From positions 72,261-136,260 of the forward strand of contig SVUJ01000003.1 of assembly GCA_015063305.1 (NCBI GenBank): a stretch of DNA of 64,000 bases, in the 5' to 3' direction. The stretch's first letter is position 1. Every line of letters starts with the position of its first letter. Below are positions 45,316-55,033 of the stretch, one piece after another. Made by a program: the position numbers and the translations under genes. The notes beneath the pieces were generated by a model. It made no database searches and had not been told where the DNA came from. It worked only from the letters and a program-made list of their open reading frames with translations. This stretch comes from Oscillospiraceae bacterium (lineage in GTDB: Bacteria > Bacillota > Clostridia > Oscillospirales > CAG-272).

Positions 45316-46716
45316 ATGATGAAAAACTCAGAAAAAACAATGGATAAAATAGTGGCGCTGTGTAAGAACCGCGGATTTATTTTCCCCGGCTCTGAAATCT
45401 ACGGCGGTCTTGCAAACTCTTGGGACTACGGCCCTCTCGGCGTTGAATTCAAGAACAACGTAAAGAAGGCTTGGTGGAAGAAGTTCGTTCAGGAGTGCAA
45501 GTATAACGTAGGACTTGACAGCGCTATCATAATGAACTCCGAAACTTGGGTGGCTTCGGGTCACGTTGGCGGATTTTCCGATCCGCTTATGGACTGTAAG
45601 TCCTGTAAGGTTCGTCACCGCGCGGACAAGCTTATAGAGGAATACGCTTTCCAGAACGGTCTTGACGATAACCCCGCAGGCTGGACGTTCGAGCAGATGG
45701 CGGAGTATATAAAGGAAAAGGGAATAGTTTGCCCCGATTGCGGAAGCTCTGAGTTTACCGACATCAAGAAGTTCAACCTTATGTTCAAGACATATCAGGG
45801 AGTTACCGAGGACTCGTCAACTCAGCTTTATCTCCGTCCCGAGACCGCACAGGGAATATTCGTAAATTTCCCCGCTATACAGCGTTCGGCTCGTAAAAAG
45901 CTTCCTTTCGGTGTTTGCCAGATAGGTAAGTCTTTCAGAAACGAGATAACCCCCGGAAACTTTACCTTCCGTACAAGAGAGTTTGAGCAGATGGAGCTCG
46001 AGTTCTTCTGTAAGCCAGGAACAGACCTTGAATGGTTCAACTTCTGGAAGGATTACTGCAAGAAGTTTTTGCTTGACCTCGGTATGAGAGAGGAAAACCT
46101 CAAGCTTCGCGACCATAGTCCCGAGGAGCTTTGCTTCTACTCTAAGGCAACTACCGACTTTGAGTTCCTTTTCCCGTTCGGATGGGGCGAGCTTTGGGGC
46201 GTTGCCGACAGAACCGATTACGACCTCACACAGCACGCTGAGCATAGCGGTAAGGATATGCAGTACTTTGATCCCGAGACCAATGAAAAGTACACTCCTT
46301 ACGTTGTTGAACCTTCGCTTGGAGCTGACAGAGTTGCGCTTGCGTTCCTTGTAGACGCATATGATGAGGAGCTTATAGATGCAGAGAAGAATGATGTAAG
46401 AGTTGTTCTCCATCTCCATCCGTTCCTCGCGCCTGTTAAGGCTGCTGTGCTTCCGCTTTCCAAGAAGCTCTCCGAGAAGGCATCTGAGGTGTACGACGAG
46501 CTTTCTAAGTACTTCAGCGTTGATTTCGACGAAGCAGGCTCTATAGGTAAGAGATACCGCCGTCAGGATGAGATAGGTACGCCCTTGTGCATTACTTATG
46601 ACTTTGATTCCGAGAATGACAACTGTGTAACTGTTCGTGACAGAGATACTATGGAGCAGGTACGTGTTCCGATAGCTGAGCTCAAGGATTACATCGAGAA
46701 GGCTATCTACTTCTGA
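45316..46716 (+). CDS. glyQS: Glycine--tRNA ligase, single-chain alpha2 type
   Basis: Class II motifs with [25 protein letters not shown], and a C-terminal anticodon-binding domain. Confidence 0.95.
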   Translation: MMKNSEKTMDKIVALCKNRGFIFPGSEIYGGLANSWDYGPLGVEFKNNVKKAWWKKFVQECKYNVGLDSAIIMNSETWVASGHVGGFSDPLMDCKSCKVRHRADKLIEEYAFQNGLDDNPAGWTFEQMAEYIKEKGIVCPDCGSSEFTDIKKFNLMFKTYQGVTEDSSTQLYLRPETAQGIFVNFPAIQRSARKKLPFGVCQIGKSFRNEITPGNFTFRTREFEQMELEFFCKPGTDLEWFNFWKDYCKKFLLDLGMREENLKLRDHSPEELCFYSKATTDFEFLFPFGWGELWGVADRTDYDLTQHAEHSGKDMQYFDPETNEKYTPYVVEPSLGADRVALAFLVDAYDEELIDAEKNDVRVVLHLHPFLAPVKAAVLPLSKKLSEKASEVYDELSKYFSVDFDEAGSIGKRYRRQDEIGTPLCITYDFDSENDNCVTVRDRDTMEQVRVPIAELKDYIEKAIYF

Positions 46717-46723
46717 TTGCAAC

Positions 46724-46750
46724 AAAAAGGCTGTTTAAAACAGCCTTTTT
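46724..46750 (+). terminator. Terminator after glyQS
   Basis: AAAAAGGCTGTT-taa-AACAGCCTTTTT. Confidence 0.85.
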
Positions 46751-46804
46751 GAATAGATTTTTATTCCTTGCAAAAAATAAATATATTGATTTGGGGAGGA
46801 TATG

Positions 46805-48595
46805 ATGAAGATAACTAACGATATAAAGTATGTAGGTGTAAACGACCATCAGGTCGATCTGTTTGAAGGACAGTACGAAGTAGAAAACGGAATGTCCTAT
46901 AATTCATACGTAATAATGGATGAAAAAATAGCGGTAATGGATACCGTTGACGCGAATTTCACACACGAGTGGCTTGATAATCTTCAGCACGCAATAGGCA
47001 ACAGAAAGCCCGACTACCTTGTTATACAGCATATGGAGCCCGATCACTCGGCTAATATAGCTAACTTTATGAATGCTTACAAGGATACCGTTATCGTATC
47101 CTCGGCTAAAGCGTTCACTATGATGCAGAATTTCTTTGGAACGGATTATGCCGACAGAAGAATAGTGGTTGGCGAGGGCGATACACTTGAGCTTGGAAGC
47201 CATACGCTCCATTTCGTATCAGCGCCTATGGTGCATTGGCCTGAGGTTATCGTTACCTACGACAGCAAGGACAAGGTGCTCTTTTCGGCAGACGGATTTG
47301 GAAAATTCGGAGCGCTTGACGTTGAAGAGGATTGGGCTTGCGAGGCGCGCAGATACTATATAGGTATAGTAGGCAAATACGGAGCGCAGGTACAGGCTCT
47401 GCTCAAAAAGGCGGCTACTCTTGATATCGAGATAATATGCCCCTTGCACGGCCCTGTGCTCACAGAAAATCTTGGTTACTATATAGATCTTTATAATACC
47501 TGGTCAAGCTATGCGGTAGAGAGCGAGGGAATAGTTATAGCATATACCTCGGTCTACGGAAATACCAAGAAGGCAGTTAGCCTGCTCGTTGAAAAGCTTA
47601 AGGCTAAGGGCTGCCCTAAGGTGTCTGTTCACGATCTCGCCAGAGATGATATGGCTGAGGCTGTAGAGGACGCGTTCAGATACGGTAAGCTCGTTCTCGC
47701 TACCACGACATACAATGCGGATATCTTCCCGTTTATGAGAGAGTTTATCCACAATCTGACCGAGCGCAACTTCCGCAACCGCACGGTAGGACTTATCGAA
47801 AACGGCTCTTGGGCGCTTCTTGCGGCTAAGAATATGAGAAAGATGCTCGAGGAGTGTAAGGATATCAAGTTTACAGATACGACTGTAAGCATAAAGTCGG
47901 CTCTTAACGACGAAAGCTCCGAGCAGCTTGAGGCTCTTGCAAACGAGCTTTGCATGGATTACCTCGCTCAGCAGGACGATACGGCAAACAAGAACGATCT
48001 CTCGGCGCTCTTCAATATCGGTTACGGACTTTACGTTGTTACCTCAAACGACGGCAAAAAGGACAACGGACTTATAGTAAACACCGTCACACAGGTCACC
48101 AATACCCCCAACCGAGTTGCCGTTGTAATAAACAAGCAGAGCTACTCGCACCACGTCATAAAGCAGTCGGGAATAATGAATATAAACTGCTTATCTCAGG
48201 ACGCGCCCTTCAAGGTGTTTGAAACGTTCGGCTTCCAGAGCGGAAGAAATACAGATAAATTTGCTGACTGCACACCTCTGCGCTCGGATAACGGACTTGT
48301 ATTCCTTCCCAGATATATCAACTCCTTTATGTCGCTCAAGGTAGAGAGCTACGTTGACCTTGATACTCACGGAATGTTCGTGTGCTCTATCACCGAGGCA
48401 AGAGTTATATCCTCGGTCGAAACTATGACGTATACCTACTATCAGAACAACGTAAAGCCCAAGCCCAAGACAGACGGCAAGAAGGGTTACGTTTGCAAGA
48501 TATGCGGTTGGGTATATGAGGGAGATACGCTTCCTGACGATATAGTATGCCCCCTGTGTAAGCACGGAGCGGCTGACTTTGAGCCTATAAAATAA
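46805..48595 (+). CDS. Multidomain flavodiiron protein: MBL-like diiron domain + flavodoxin-like domain + flavin-reductase-like domain + rubredoxin
   Basis: Diiron ligand set HMEPDH (aa 77-82), H145, D164, H216. Flavodoxin motif YTSVYGNTKKA. aa ~400-545 are flavin-reductase-like. The C-terminus CKICG...CPLC is a rubredoxin. Confidence 0.85.
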   Translation: MKITNDIKYVGVNDHQVDLFEGQYEVENGMSYNSYVIMDEKIAVMDTVDANFTHEWLDNLQHAIGNRKPDYLVIQHMEPDHSANIANFMNAYKDTVIVSSAKAFTMMQNFFGTDYADRRIVVGEGDTLELGSHTLHFVSAPMVHWPEVIVTYDSKDKVLFSADGFGKFGALDVEEDWACEARRYYIGIVGKYGAQVQALLKKAATLDIEIICPLHGPVLTENLGYYIDLYNTWSSYAVESEGIVIAYTSVYGNTKKAVSLLVEKLKAKGCPKVSVHDLARDDMAEAVEDAFRYGKLVLATTTYNADIFPFMREFIHNLTERNFRNRTVGLIENGSWALLAAKNMRKMLEECKDIKFTDTTVSIKSALNDESSEQLEALANELCMDYLAQQDDTANKNDLSALFNIGYGLYVVTSNDGKKDNGLIVNTVTQVTNTPNRVAVVINKQSYSHHVIKQSGIMNINCLSQDAPFKVFETFGFQSGRNTDKFADCTPLRSDNGLVFLPRYINSFMSLKVESYVDLDTHGMFVCSITEARVISSVETMTYTYYQNNVKPKPKTDGKKGYVCKICGWVYEGDTLPDDIVCPLCKHGAADFEPIK

Positions 48596-48602
48596 TCGCA
48601 AA

Positions 48603-48645
48603 AAGTCCAAAGGTAAATTATTTTTACCTTTGGACTTGATTTTTT
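48603..48645 (+). terminator. Terminator after the flavodiiron gene
   Basis: 15-bp stem AAGTCCAAAGGTAAA / TTTACCTTTGGACTT followed by GATTTTTT. Confidence 0.85.
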
Positions 48646-48664
48646 GGATTGAATGTGTTAAAAT
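48636..48664 (+). promoter_or_regulatory. Candidate promoter for the XRE-family regulator (TTGATT-17-TGtTAAAAT)
   Basis: The -35 overlaps the terminator T-tract. The extended -10 is at 48656-48664. This would leave a very short leader. Confidence 0.4.
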
Positions 48665-48681
48665 AGTCGGGAGGTGATACG

Positions 48682-49569
48682 ATGAATATAGGTGAAAAGA
48701 TAAAAAAGCTCAGAGGGGAAAAGCTTATGACACAGTCGGAGCTTGCGGGAACGGCGATAACGAGAAATATGCTCAGTACCATAGAAAACGGAACGGCGCT
48801 CCCATCACTTGCAACTCTGCGGCATATAGCCTCAAAGCTGAACGTTCCTGCGGGATATCTGTTGGCTGACGGCGAGGAAGAGATGATATACCTTAAGCTT
48901 TCACAGATATCAAATATAAAGAACGCGTATCTTTCGGGACACTTCAAGATATGCCGAGACATGTGTCTTAAGTGTGAGCTTGAACGCGATGACGAGATAA
49001 ATCTTATCCTTGCCGAATGCTCATTGGCTTTGGGCATCGAGCGATTTAACGAGGGATATCTGCGTCACGCCTGCGCGTATTTTGACGAGGCTATAAGCAC
49101 GGCAAGTGAAACGATATATAACACCGAGCATATATCGGCGGTGTCGGCGGTCTATTTCAGATATATGAGAAGGATATCGGCAACGCTCTCTTCGGATATG
49201 ATAGATGAAGCGGACACAGAGATATTTGCCGCTATATCGGAGGATTTTGCGCGTTACGCGGTGGCGTTTGAGGCGCTTGAGGAAAAGAACATAGAGGTAA
49301 GCGAACATTTTATATCAAAGTTTGACGATAACGAGCCCTATTTTCTGCATATAAGAGCGCGTATAGATATGCTCTATGAAAATTACGCCGAGGCGTATAA
49401 AAAGCTCTATCTTATACTAACAAATCCATATAAAATACAAGAGCCGCTGATGTACTTTGTTTTTTGCGATCTCGAGGTGTGCTGTAAGGAAATAAAGGAT
49501 TTCAAGGGCGCTTATGAGCACTCGAATAACAAGATAGAGACCCTGCAAAAAATGCTTACCGATAACTGA
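48682..49569 (+). CDS. XRE-family HTH regulator with a long helical-repeat C-terminal domain
   Basis: N-terminal IGEKIKKLRGEKLMTQSELAG...LSTIENG...PSLATLRHIASKLNVP is a Cro/CI-type HTH. About 230 aa of helical C-terminal domain follow. Confidence 0.75.
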   Translation: MNIGEKIKKLRGEKLMTQSELAGTAITRNMLSTIENGTALPSLATLRHIASKLNVPAGYLLADGEEEMIYLKLSQISNIKNAYLSGHFKICRDMCLKCELERDDEINLILAECSLALGIERFNEGYLRHACAYFDEAISTASETIYNTEHISAVSAVYFRYMRRISATLSSDMIDEADTEIFAAISEDFARYAVAFEALEEKNIEVSEHFISKFDDNEPYFLHIRARIDMLYENYAEAYKKLYLILTNPYKIQEPLMYFVFCDLEVCCKEIKDFKGAYEHSNNKIETLQKMLTDN

Positions 49570-49570
49570 T

Positions 49571-49606
49571 AAAAAAGAGTTGCTGTGATCACAGCAACTC
49601 TTTTTT
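49571..49606. terminator. Perfect 36-bp palindromic bidirectional terminator shared by convergent genes
   Basis: AAAAAAGAGTTGCTGTGA/TCACAGCAACTCTTTTTT. The right arm encodes the last codons and stop of the minus-strand gene. Confidence 0.85.
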
Positions 49607-50377
49607 ATCCTTAAGATTTTTTGAGTTTAAATGATTGAAAACAAAAAGCGCAACGGCATACGCGATAACGGCTATCAATATATCCGAGAGATAGTAGGCT
49701 ATCATCCAGCAAAGGTCTGCTATTGAGGTCGGAGCGCCGACATAAAGGTCGGAAAGTAATCTCGATATAAGCTTTGTTAAAGACAAAACAACTGCGGTGG
49801 ATAGAGCGCAACGGTGAAGCGGATTTTCTCTGACGAATATTTTTTTGCCCGAGAACTGATCCAGGAGAAGGTCGGGGATCGGCTGTCCTAAAGCTCGGCT
49901 TGACTTTTCAATCATCTTCTTTCTTTCGTTGAATCTGCCTATGAATATACAGGAAAAGATACATACTAAGGACAACATAATAAGGTCAAAAACAAAATAC
50001 AGAAGAACATAGAAGATATCCGAGAAATCAAATATCCTATCCACGAGCGAGGTTATAAGAAAGTTTGCAAGATATTTAGCAAGAATCGAGGCGCAATATA
50101 TTCCCAGCAGTCCCCAGGTGCGGCGCAAGGAGTATTTGAATATCGAGTATATTATCAAAGAAAAACATACCGAATAGGACAATACATCTAATACGTTCAA
50201 AAAAAGATGGATTATATTGGGGACGGGAGTTGCGTCGAAAAGTACGTTTGAGAGTGTATATGTATAAAGTGGTGCTAAAACAAATGAATATAGAAAGACC
50301 CAGGCAGCAACAGACAGAAGAAGGGTTCGCCACAGTCTTTTGCGCTCCTTGGACTCCAAAAGTAATTGATCGTTCAT
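49589..50377 (-). CDS. Hypothetical polytopic membrane protein
   Basis: GGAGA RBS 7 nt before the ATG. About 6 hydrophobic segments. No recognisable motif. Confidence 0.55.
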   Translation of the reverse strand: MNDQLLLESKERKRLWRTLLLSVAAWVFLYSFVLAPLYTYTLSNVLFDATPVPNIIHLFLNVLDVLSYSVCFSLIIYSIFKYSLRRTWGLLGIYCASILAKYLANFLITSLVDRIFDFSDIFYVLLYFVFDLIMLSLVCIFSCIFIGRFNERKKMIEKSSRALGQPIPDLLLDQFSGKKIFVRENPLHRCALSTAVVLSLTKLISRLLSDLYVGAPTSIADLCWMIAYYLSDILIAVIAYAVALFVFNHLNSKNLKDKKELL

Positions 50378-50529
50378 CTCATATTCTCCTGAGGATAAAA
50401 TTTAACATAACTAATTATATCACATATTTTATCTCTTGTGTTTATTTTTTGTAAATTTTATCTTTCATAAGTTATCACGTCCTATTTTTCGGCATACCCT
50501 GTTAACATCACGTATAAGGTGGGCAGATA

Positions 50530-51471
50530 ATGGATATAAAAGATATAAGGTTCGAGCGAAATATATTGGATTACAGCGTACCTCTTGACTATACAGTTAT
50601 GATGCAGTATATCAACGAATTTTCGGAGCGGTATCCCTTTATCGCTGTATCTTCGATAGGAGAGAGCATTATGGGAAGAGGTCTACCTGTTATAACTTTG
50701 GGCGCGGGGGAGCGTTCGGTGCTGTACGTTGGCACACATCACGGTATGGAATGGATAACCTCGATACTTCTGTTGCGCTTTATAAACGAATATTGCGAAT
50801 TGAAGAGGAATAAACAGAGAATATTCAATCTCTCGATAGATTATCTTTTCGAAAGCAAGAGTATATACGTAATACCCATGTTAAATCCCGACGGGGTCGA
50901 TTATCAGATAAACGGGGTGGATAAAGAAAATGTTATTTATGATAGACTGTTGAAAATGAATAACGGCAGTACGGATTTCAGCCGTTGGCAGGCAAACGCG
51001 AGGGGAGTGGATCTTAATCACAACTACAACTGCGGATTTGCCGAGTATAAGAAGTTCGAGGCAGAGCAGGGGATACAAGACGGCGCTCCCACACGGTTTA
51101 GCGGATTTATGCCCGAAAGTGAGCCCGAGGTGGGCGCGCTCTGCAATTTCCTGAGATTTAACGAAAATATAGAATTGCTTCTGACGCTACATACCCAAGG
51201 CGAAGAGATATACTATACAAGCGGAGATATGACAGCTCCGAGATCCGAGACGATAGCCAAGGCTTTGTCAAGATCTTCGGGATATCGGGTGTCAAGACCC
51301 GAAGGAATGGCGGCGTACGGAGGACTTACAGACTGGTACATATCCGAGATTGGACGTCCCTCGTTCACGATCGAGTGCGGAAAGGGAGAGAATCCGTTAC
51401 CCTTGTCGGATAATTTCAAAATATATGCAGATATCAGAAAGATGTTGTTTATGACTCCTACCCTGATATGA
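50530..51471 (+). CDS. M14-family zinc carboxypeptidase, gamma-D-glutamyl-meso-diaminopimelate peptidase-like, no signal peptide
   Basis: HHGMEW (HxxE zinc ligands), VDLNHNY, and a LHTQGEEIYY region. Confidence 0.75.
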   Translation: MDIKDIRFERNILDYSVPLDYTVMMQYINEFSERYPFIAVSSIGESIMGRGLPVITLGAGERSVLYVGTHHGMEWITSILLLRFINEYCELKRNKQRIFNLSIDYLFESKSIYVIPMLNPDGVDYQINGVDKENVIYDRLLKMNNGSTDFSRWQANARGVDLNHNYNCGFAEYKKFEAEQGIQDGAPTRFSGFMPESEPEVGALCNFLRFNENIELLLTLHTQGEEIYYTSGDMTAPRSETIAKALSRSSGYRVSRPEGMAAYGGLTDWYISEIGRPSFTIECGKGENPLPLSDNFKIYADIRKMLFMTPTLI

Positions 51472-51505
51472 ATATTTGGAAATAATGATTTTTTTTGTAA
51501 AACTC

Positions 51506-51534
51506 TTGACAATTGTTATACTCTATGATATAAT
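51506..51534 (+). promoter_or_regulatory. Perfect-consensus sigma-A promoter (TTGACA-17-TATAAT) for the CofE-like gene
   Basis: -35 at 51506-51511 and -10 at 51529-51534. Confidence 0.7.
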
Positions 51535-51584
51535 ACTAAGTCGGTTGAAATAATCTTTCTAATCTGATTTTTAGGAGATAAATC

Positions 51585-52784
51585 ATGGAACAGAACACAA
51601 GAAGAGTTGGTACTATATCAAGAGGTATTCGTTGCCCCATCTTCCGCGAGGGAGACGATCTGGGCGCTATGGTCACACAGAGCGTTCTTGAGGCTGCAGA
51701 GTCTGAGGGCTTTGAGCTTCGTGACAGAGACGTTATATCTATAACAGAATCTGTGGTTGCTCGCTCACAGGGAAATTACGCCTCTGTTGATGCTATAGCA
51801 AAGGACGTCAGAGCAAAGCTTGGCGGAGAGACCGTGGGTGTTATTTTCCCCATTCTTTCAAGAAACCGCTTCGCTATATGTCTGCGCGGAATAGCTATGG
51901 GATGCAAGAAGGTCGTTTTGATGCTCAGCTATCCCTCCGACGAGGTTGGAAATGCTCTTGTAAGCCTTGATAAAATAGATGAAGCAGGTGTTAACCCCTA
52001 TTCTGATGTACTCACACTTGAGCGCTACCGTGAGCTTTTCGGCGAGAACGTTCACGAGTTCACCGGAGTTGACTACGTTCAGTATTACGGAGATATTATT
52101 CGCTCTTGCGGCGCTGAGGTTGAGATAATCTTTGCAAATCAGTGCAAGACTATTCTCAACTATACTGACTGTATCATTAACTGTGATATACACACCCGTG
52201 CACGCACAAAGAGAATTCTTAAGGCTGCGGGTGCAAAGGTAGTCTGCGGTCTTGACGATATCCTCACCGCTTCTGTCGACGGCAGCGGATATAACGAGAA
52301 ATACGGACTTCTCGGCTCTAACAAGTCGACCGAGGACAGCATAAAGCTTTTCCCCAGAGAGTGCAAGGATCTTGTCCTCGACATCCAGTCCAGAATTCTC
52401 AAGGCTACAGGAAAGCTCGTTGAGGTAATGGTTTACGGCGACGGAGCGTTCAAGGATCCTCAGGGAAAGATATGGGAGCTTGCTGACCCGGTAGTATCTC
52501 CCGCATATACTGACGGTCTTATAGGAACGCCCAGCGAGCTTAAGCTCAAGTACCTCGCGGATAACGATTTTAAGGATCTTTCGGGAGAAGAGCTCAGAGA
52601 GGCTATATCGGCAAGTATACGCGCTAAGCAGTCCAATCTTGTTGGTAATATGGCGTCTCAGGGAACAACTCCCAGACAGCTTACCGATCTTATTGGATCT
52701 CTTTGCGACCTTACAAGCGGTTCGGGAGATAAGGGAACACCCGTGGTTCTTGTTCAGGGATATTTCGATAACTATACTAACTGA
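51585..52784 (+). CDS. F420-0:gamma-glutamyl ligase (CofE)-like family protein, long form, function unknown in this context
   Basis: The N-terminal pattern GDDL...I...........RD.DVI.ITE..V..SQG resembles the CofE/F420-ligase fold as I recall it. At 399 aa it is larger than canonical CofE. Confidence 0.55.
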   Translation: MEQNTRRVGTISRGIRCPIFREGDDLGAMVTQSVLEAAESEGFELRDRDVISITESVVARSQGNYASVDAIAKDVRAKLGGETVGVIFPILSRNRFAICLRGIAMGCKKVVLMLSYPSDEVGNALVSLDKIDEAGVNPYSDVLTLERYRELFGENVHEFTGVDYVQYYGDIIRSCGAEVEIIFANQCKTILNYTDCIINCDIHTRARTKRILKAAGAKVVCGLDDILTASVDGSGYNEKYGLLGSNKSTEDSIKLFPRECKDLVLDIQSRILKATGKLVEVMVYGDGAFKDPQGKIWELADPVVSPAYTDGLIGTPSELKLKYLADNDFKDLSGEELREAISASIRAKQSNLVGNMASQGTTPRQLTDLIGSLCDLTSGSGDKGTPVVLVQGYFDNYTN

Positions 52785-52790
52785 TAAAAC

Positions 52791-52825
52791 ATACCGCCGA
52801 GAAAATTCTCGGCGGTATTTCTTTG
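52791..52825 (+). terminator. Terminator after the CofE-like gene
   Basis: 12-bp stem ATACCGCCGAGA / TCTCGGCGGTAT followed by TTCTTTG. Confidence 0.8.
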
Positions 52826-52867
52826 AAATTGTCGATAGCTTGGGAGAATATTTTTATGTCTTGTTTA

Positions 52868-52896
52868 TTGACACAGATATAAAACTATGGTATACT
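52868..52896 (+). promoter_or_regulatory. Sigma-A-type promoter (TTGACA-17-TATACT) for the 52940 gene
   Basis: -35 at 52868-52873 and -10 at 52891-52896. Confidence 0.65.
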
Positions 52897-52939
52897 TTAT
52901 TAAGTATTATGTACTACGTTGCAGAAAGAGGATGTTAAA

Positions 52940-53593
52940 ATGAGTCAACAGAAAAAAACCAGATTGGCAATAGGAATAGCGAGTATAGTTTCTGCTATCC
53001 TTTTCGTTGTTTTACTTGTGGTTGGTATAATTTATAACGGCGGGGCTCTTGCAAAGACCCTACTTATCATAATATCTGTTCTCGTTCTCGCACTGGCTGC
53101 GGAGCTTGGATACCTGTATTTTCTTTTCGGTGATATAAGACCTAACTATTTTCTTTTCAACAGCAAGACAAACAGAAATAATTCTGTTCAGAAGCTTACA
53201 TTCCAGACTGTCAATGTCAGAATGAACAGATATCTCGCGTCCTATGCATCGTCTGAGGGCAAGATTTGGACAGACAGAGTTTTCGATAACCCCTCTCTCG
53301 AGATGGACGATGTATTCAAGCCGCTTGTTGCGTATAAGCTTCTTTATGATCTTGCGGAGCGCGACTTTGACGCGGGCTGGAAGTGTTTTGATCTGGCATC
53401 CGATGAAACGGTTGAATTCATTTGCGCGGCTATCGAAATGAACGGTGATACAGAGGTTGCGGGATATCTCAGACAGTTCAAGGCGGCGAAGCCCACAAAT
53501 CTCAAATACGTAAGAGATTATCTCGTTAAGAACAGAAAATATCTCCAGAGCAAGATGTTCAGATATACTGTTGACAATATTGAAAAATTCTGA
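52940..53593 (+). CDS. Hypothetical protein with two N-terminal TM helices and a soluble C-terminal domain
   Basis: The ATG at 52940 follows AAAGAGGA. Two hydrophobic helices are followed by about 150 soluble residues. No motif recognised. Confidence 0.55.
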   Translation: MSQQKKTRLAIGIASIVSAILFVVLLVVGIIYNGGALAKTLLIIISVLVLALAAELGYLYFLFGDIRPNYFLFNSKTNRNNSVQKLTFQTVNVRMNRYLASYASSEGKIWTDRVFDNPSLEMDDVFKPLVAYKLLYDLAERDFDAGWKCFDLASDETVEFICAAIEMNGDTEVAGYLRQFKAAKPTNLKYVRDYLVKNRKYLQSKMFRYTVDNIEKF

Positions 53594-53597
53594 TATA

Positions 53598-53635
53598 AAG
53601 CAATCGTCGCTTTTGTGGTGGCGATTGCTTTTTTG
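53598..53635 (+). terminator. Terminator upstream of the pyr operon
   Basis: Stem AAGCAATCG / CGATTGCTT followed by TTTTTG. Confidence 0.7.
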
Positions 53636-53692
53636 CACAAAAAACGGGGCGCAAAATAATGTAAGATTTTATGTGTATATTTGTCAAATCCC

Positions 53693-53721
53693 TTGACGAA
53701 TTAAATGTCGTATGTTATAAT
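53693..53721 (+). promoter_or_regulatory. Sigma-A-type promoter for the pyr operon (TTGACG-17-TATAAT)
   Basis: -35 at 53693-53698 and -10 at 53716-53721. Confidence 0.65.
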
Positions 53722-53773
53722 AATTAAAGATGATTTGTCATCTGTTTTTATATGAAAGAAAGGCGAGAAGTTT

Positions 53774-55024
53774 ATGATGAATCTGTTCCTCAAAAACGCG
53801 AAGATTTTTAAAGACGGAATGATTGTTACTTCCGATTTTTTTGTAATTGACGGTATTCTTGCCTCTGCTGATACAATGCCTAAGGATAGCTGTTTCGATT
53901 TTTCTGTTTGTGAAAACTGTTATATTTTACCCGGCTTTTGCGATGTGCACGTGCATTTTCGTGAGCCGGGATTTTCTTATAAAGAAACGATAAAGAGCGG
54001 CTCTTTGGCGGCGGCAAGGGGTGGATATACGGCGGTCTGCACGATGCCTAATCTTATGCCCGTGCCCGATACTGCCGAGAATCTCAAAGCACAGCTTGAT
54101 ATGATAGAGCGTGATGCTGTGATAAACGTATACCCGTACGGTGCTATAACCCGTATGCAGGCGGGTATTGAGCTGTCTGATATGGATGCTATGTCGGATA
54201 AGGTCATCGCTTTTTCGGATGACGGAAAGGGCGTTCAGAGTGCCGAGTTGATGCTTGAGGCTATGAAAAAGGCAAAGGCGCTCGGTAAGATGATAGTTGC
54301 TCACTGTGAAGACAATTCCTTGCTCAGAGGCGGATATATTCACGACGGAGAATATGCTAAGCTGAACGGACACGCGGGTATATGCTCGGAGAGTGAATGG
54401 GGACCTATTGCCAGAGATATAGAGCTTGTAAAGAAATCGGGTTGCGCGTACCACGTATGTCACATATCCACCAAGGAGAGCGTTGATATCATAAGAAAAG
54501 CAAAGGCGGAGGGTGTGGATATAACCTGTGAGACCGCGCCTCACTACCTGCTTATGAATGATATGGATCTTGGGGAGAACGGAAGATTTAAGATGAACCC
54601 GCCTATCCGTTCCGAGGAAGACAGACTTGCCTTGATCGAGGGAATTCTCGACGGTACGATAGATATGATAGCTACCGACCACGCGCCACACTCGGCAGAG
54701 GAAAAATCGAAGGGGCTCAAGGCCAGCAATATGGGAGTGGTTGGAATTGAAACCTCGTTCCAGGTGCTCTATACCTATCTTGTTAAAACAGGTGTGATAA
54801 CGCTTGAGAAGCTTGTTCGGCTTATGTCGGTAAATCCGAGAATGCGTTTTGGTATATCGGCTGATGCGGGATACACCGTATGGAGGCTTGACACAGAGGC
54901 GGATATAGATCCCGAAAGCTTCCTCTCAATGGGCAGAAGTACGCCATTTGAGGGTTGGAAGGTCTGTGGAGAAAATATTATGACGTTGCTTGACGGACAA
55001 GTTGTTTATAGCAGTTTATCATAG
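53774..55024 (+). CDS. pyrC: Dihydroorotase
   Basis: FCDVHVHFREPG metal-ligand motif and ATDHAPH. Confidence 0.93.
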   Translation: MMNLFLKNAKIFKDGMIVTSDFFVIDGILASADTMPKDSCFDFSVCENCYILPGFCDVHVHFREPGFSYKETIKSGSLAAARGGYTAVCTMPNLMPVPDTAENLKAQLDMIERDAVINVYPYGAITRMQAGIELSDMDAMSDKVIAFSDDGKGVQSAELMLEAMKKAKALGKMIVAHCEDNSLLRGGYIHDGEYAKLNGHAGICSESEWGPIARDIELVKKSGCAYHVCHISTKESVDIIRKAKAEGVDITCETAPHYLLMNDMDLGENGRFKMNPPIRSEEDRLALIEGILDGTIDMIATDHAPHSAEEKSKGLKASNMGVVGIETSFQVLYTYLVKTGVITLEKLVRLMSVNPRMRFGISADAGYTVWRLDTEADIDPESFLSMGRSTPFEGWKVCGENIMTLLDGQVVYSSLS

Positions 55025-55033
55025 GAGGAAAAA

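Noticed and set aside
50378-50529. Divergent region between the membrane-protein gene and the M14 peptidase gene, checked for sporulation sigma-factor promoters and small ORFs.
   Set aside because: There is only a weak extended -10 (TGaTATAAT, minus strand, around 50411-50419) with a poor -35. I found no convincing sigma-E/K/F/G match and no small ORF with an RBS.
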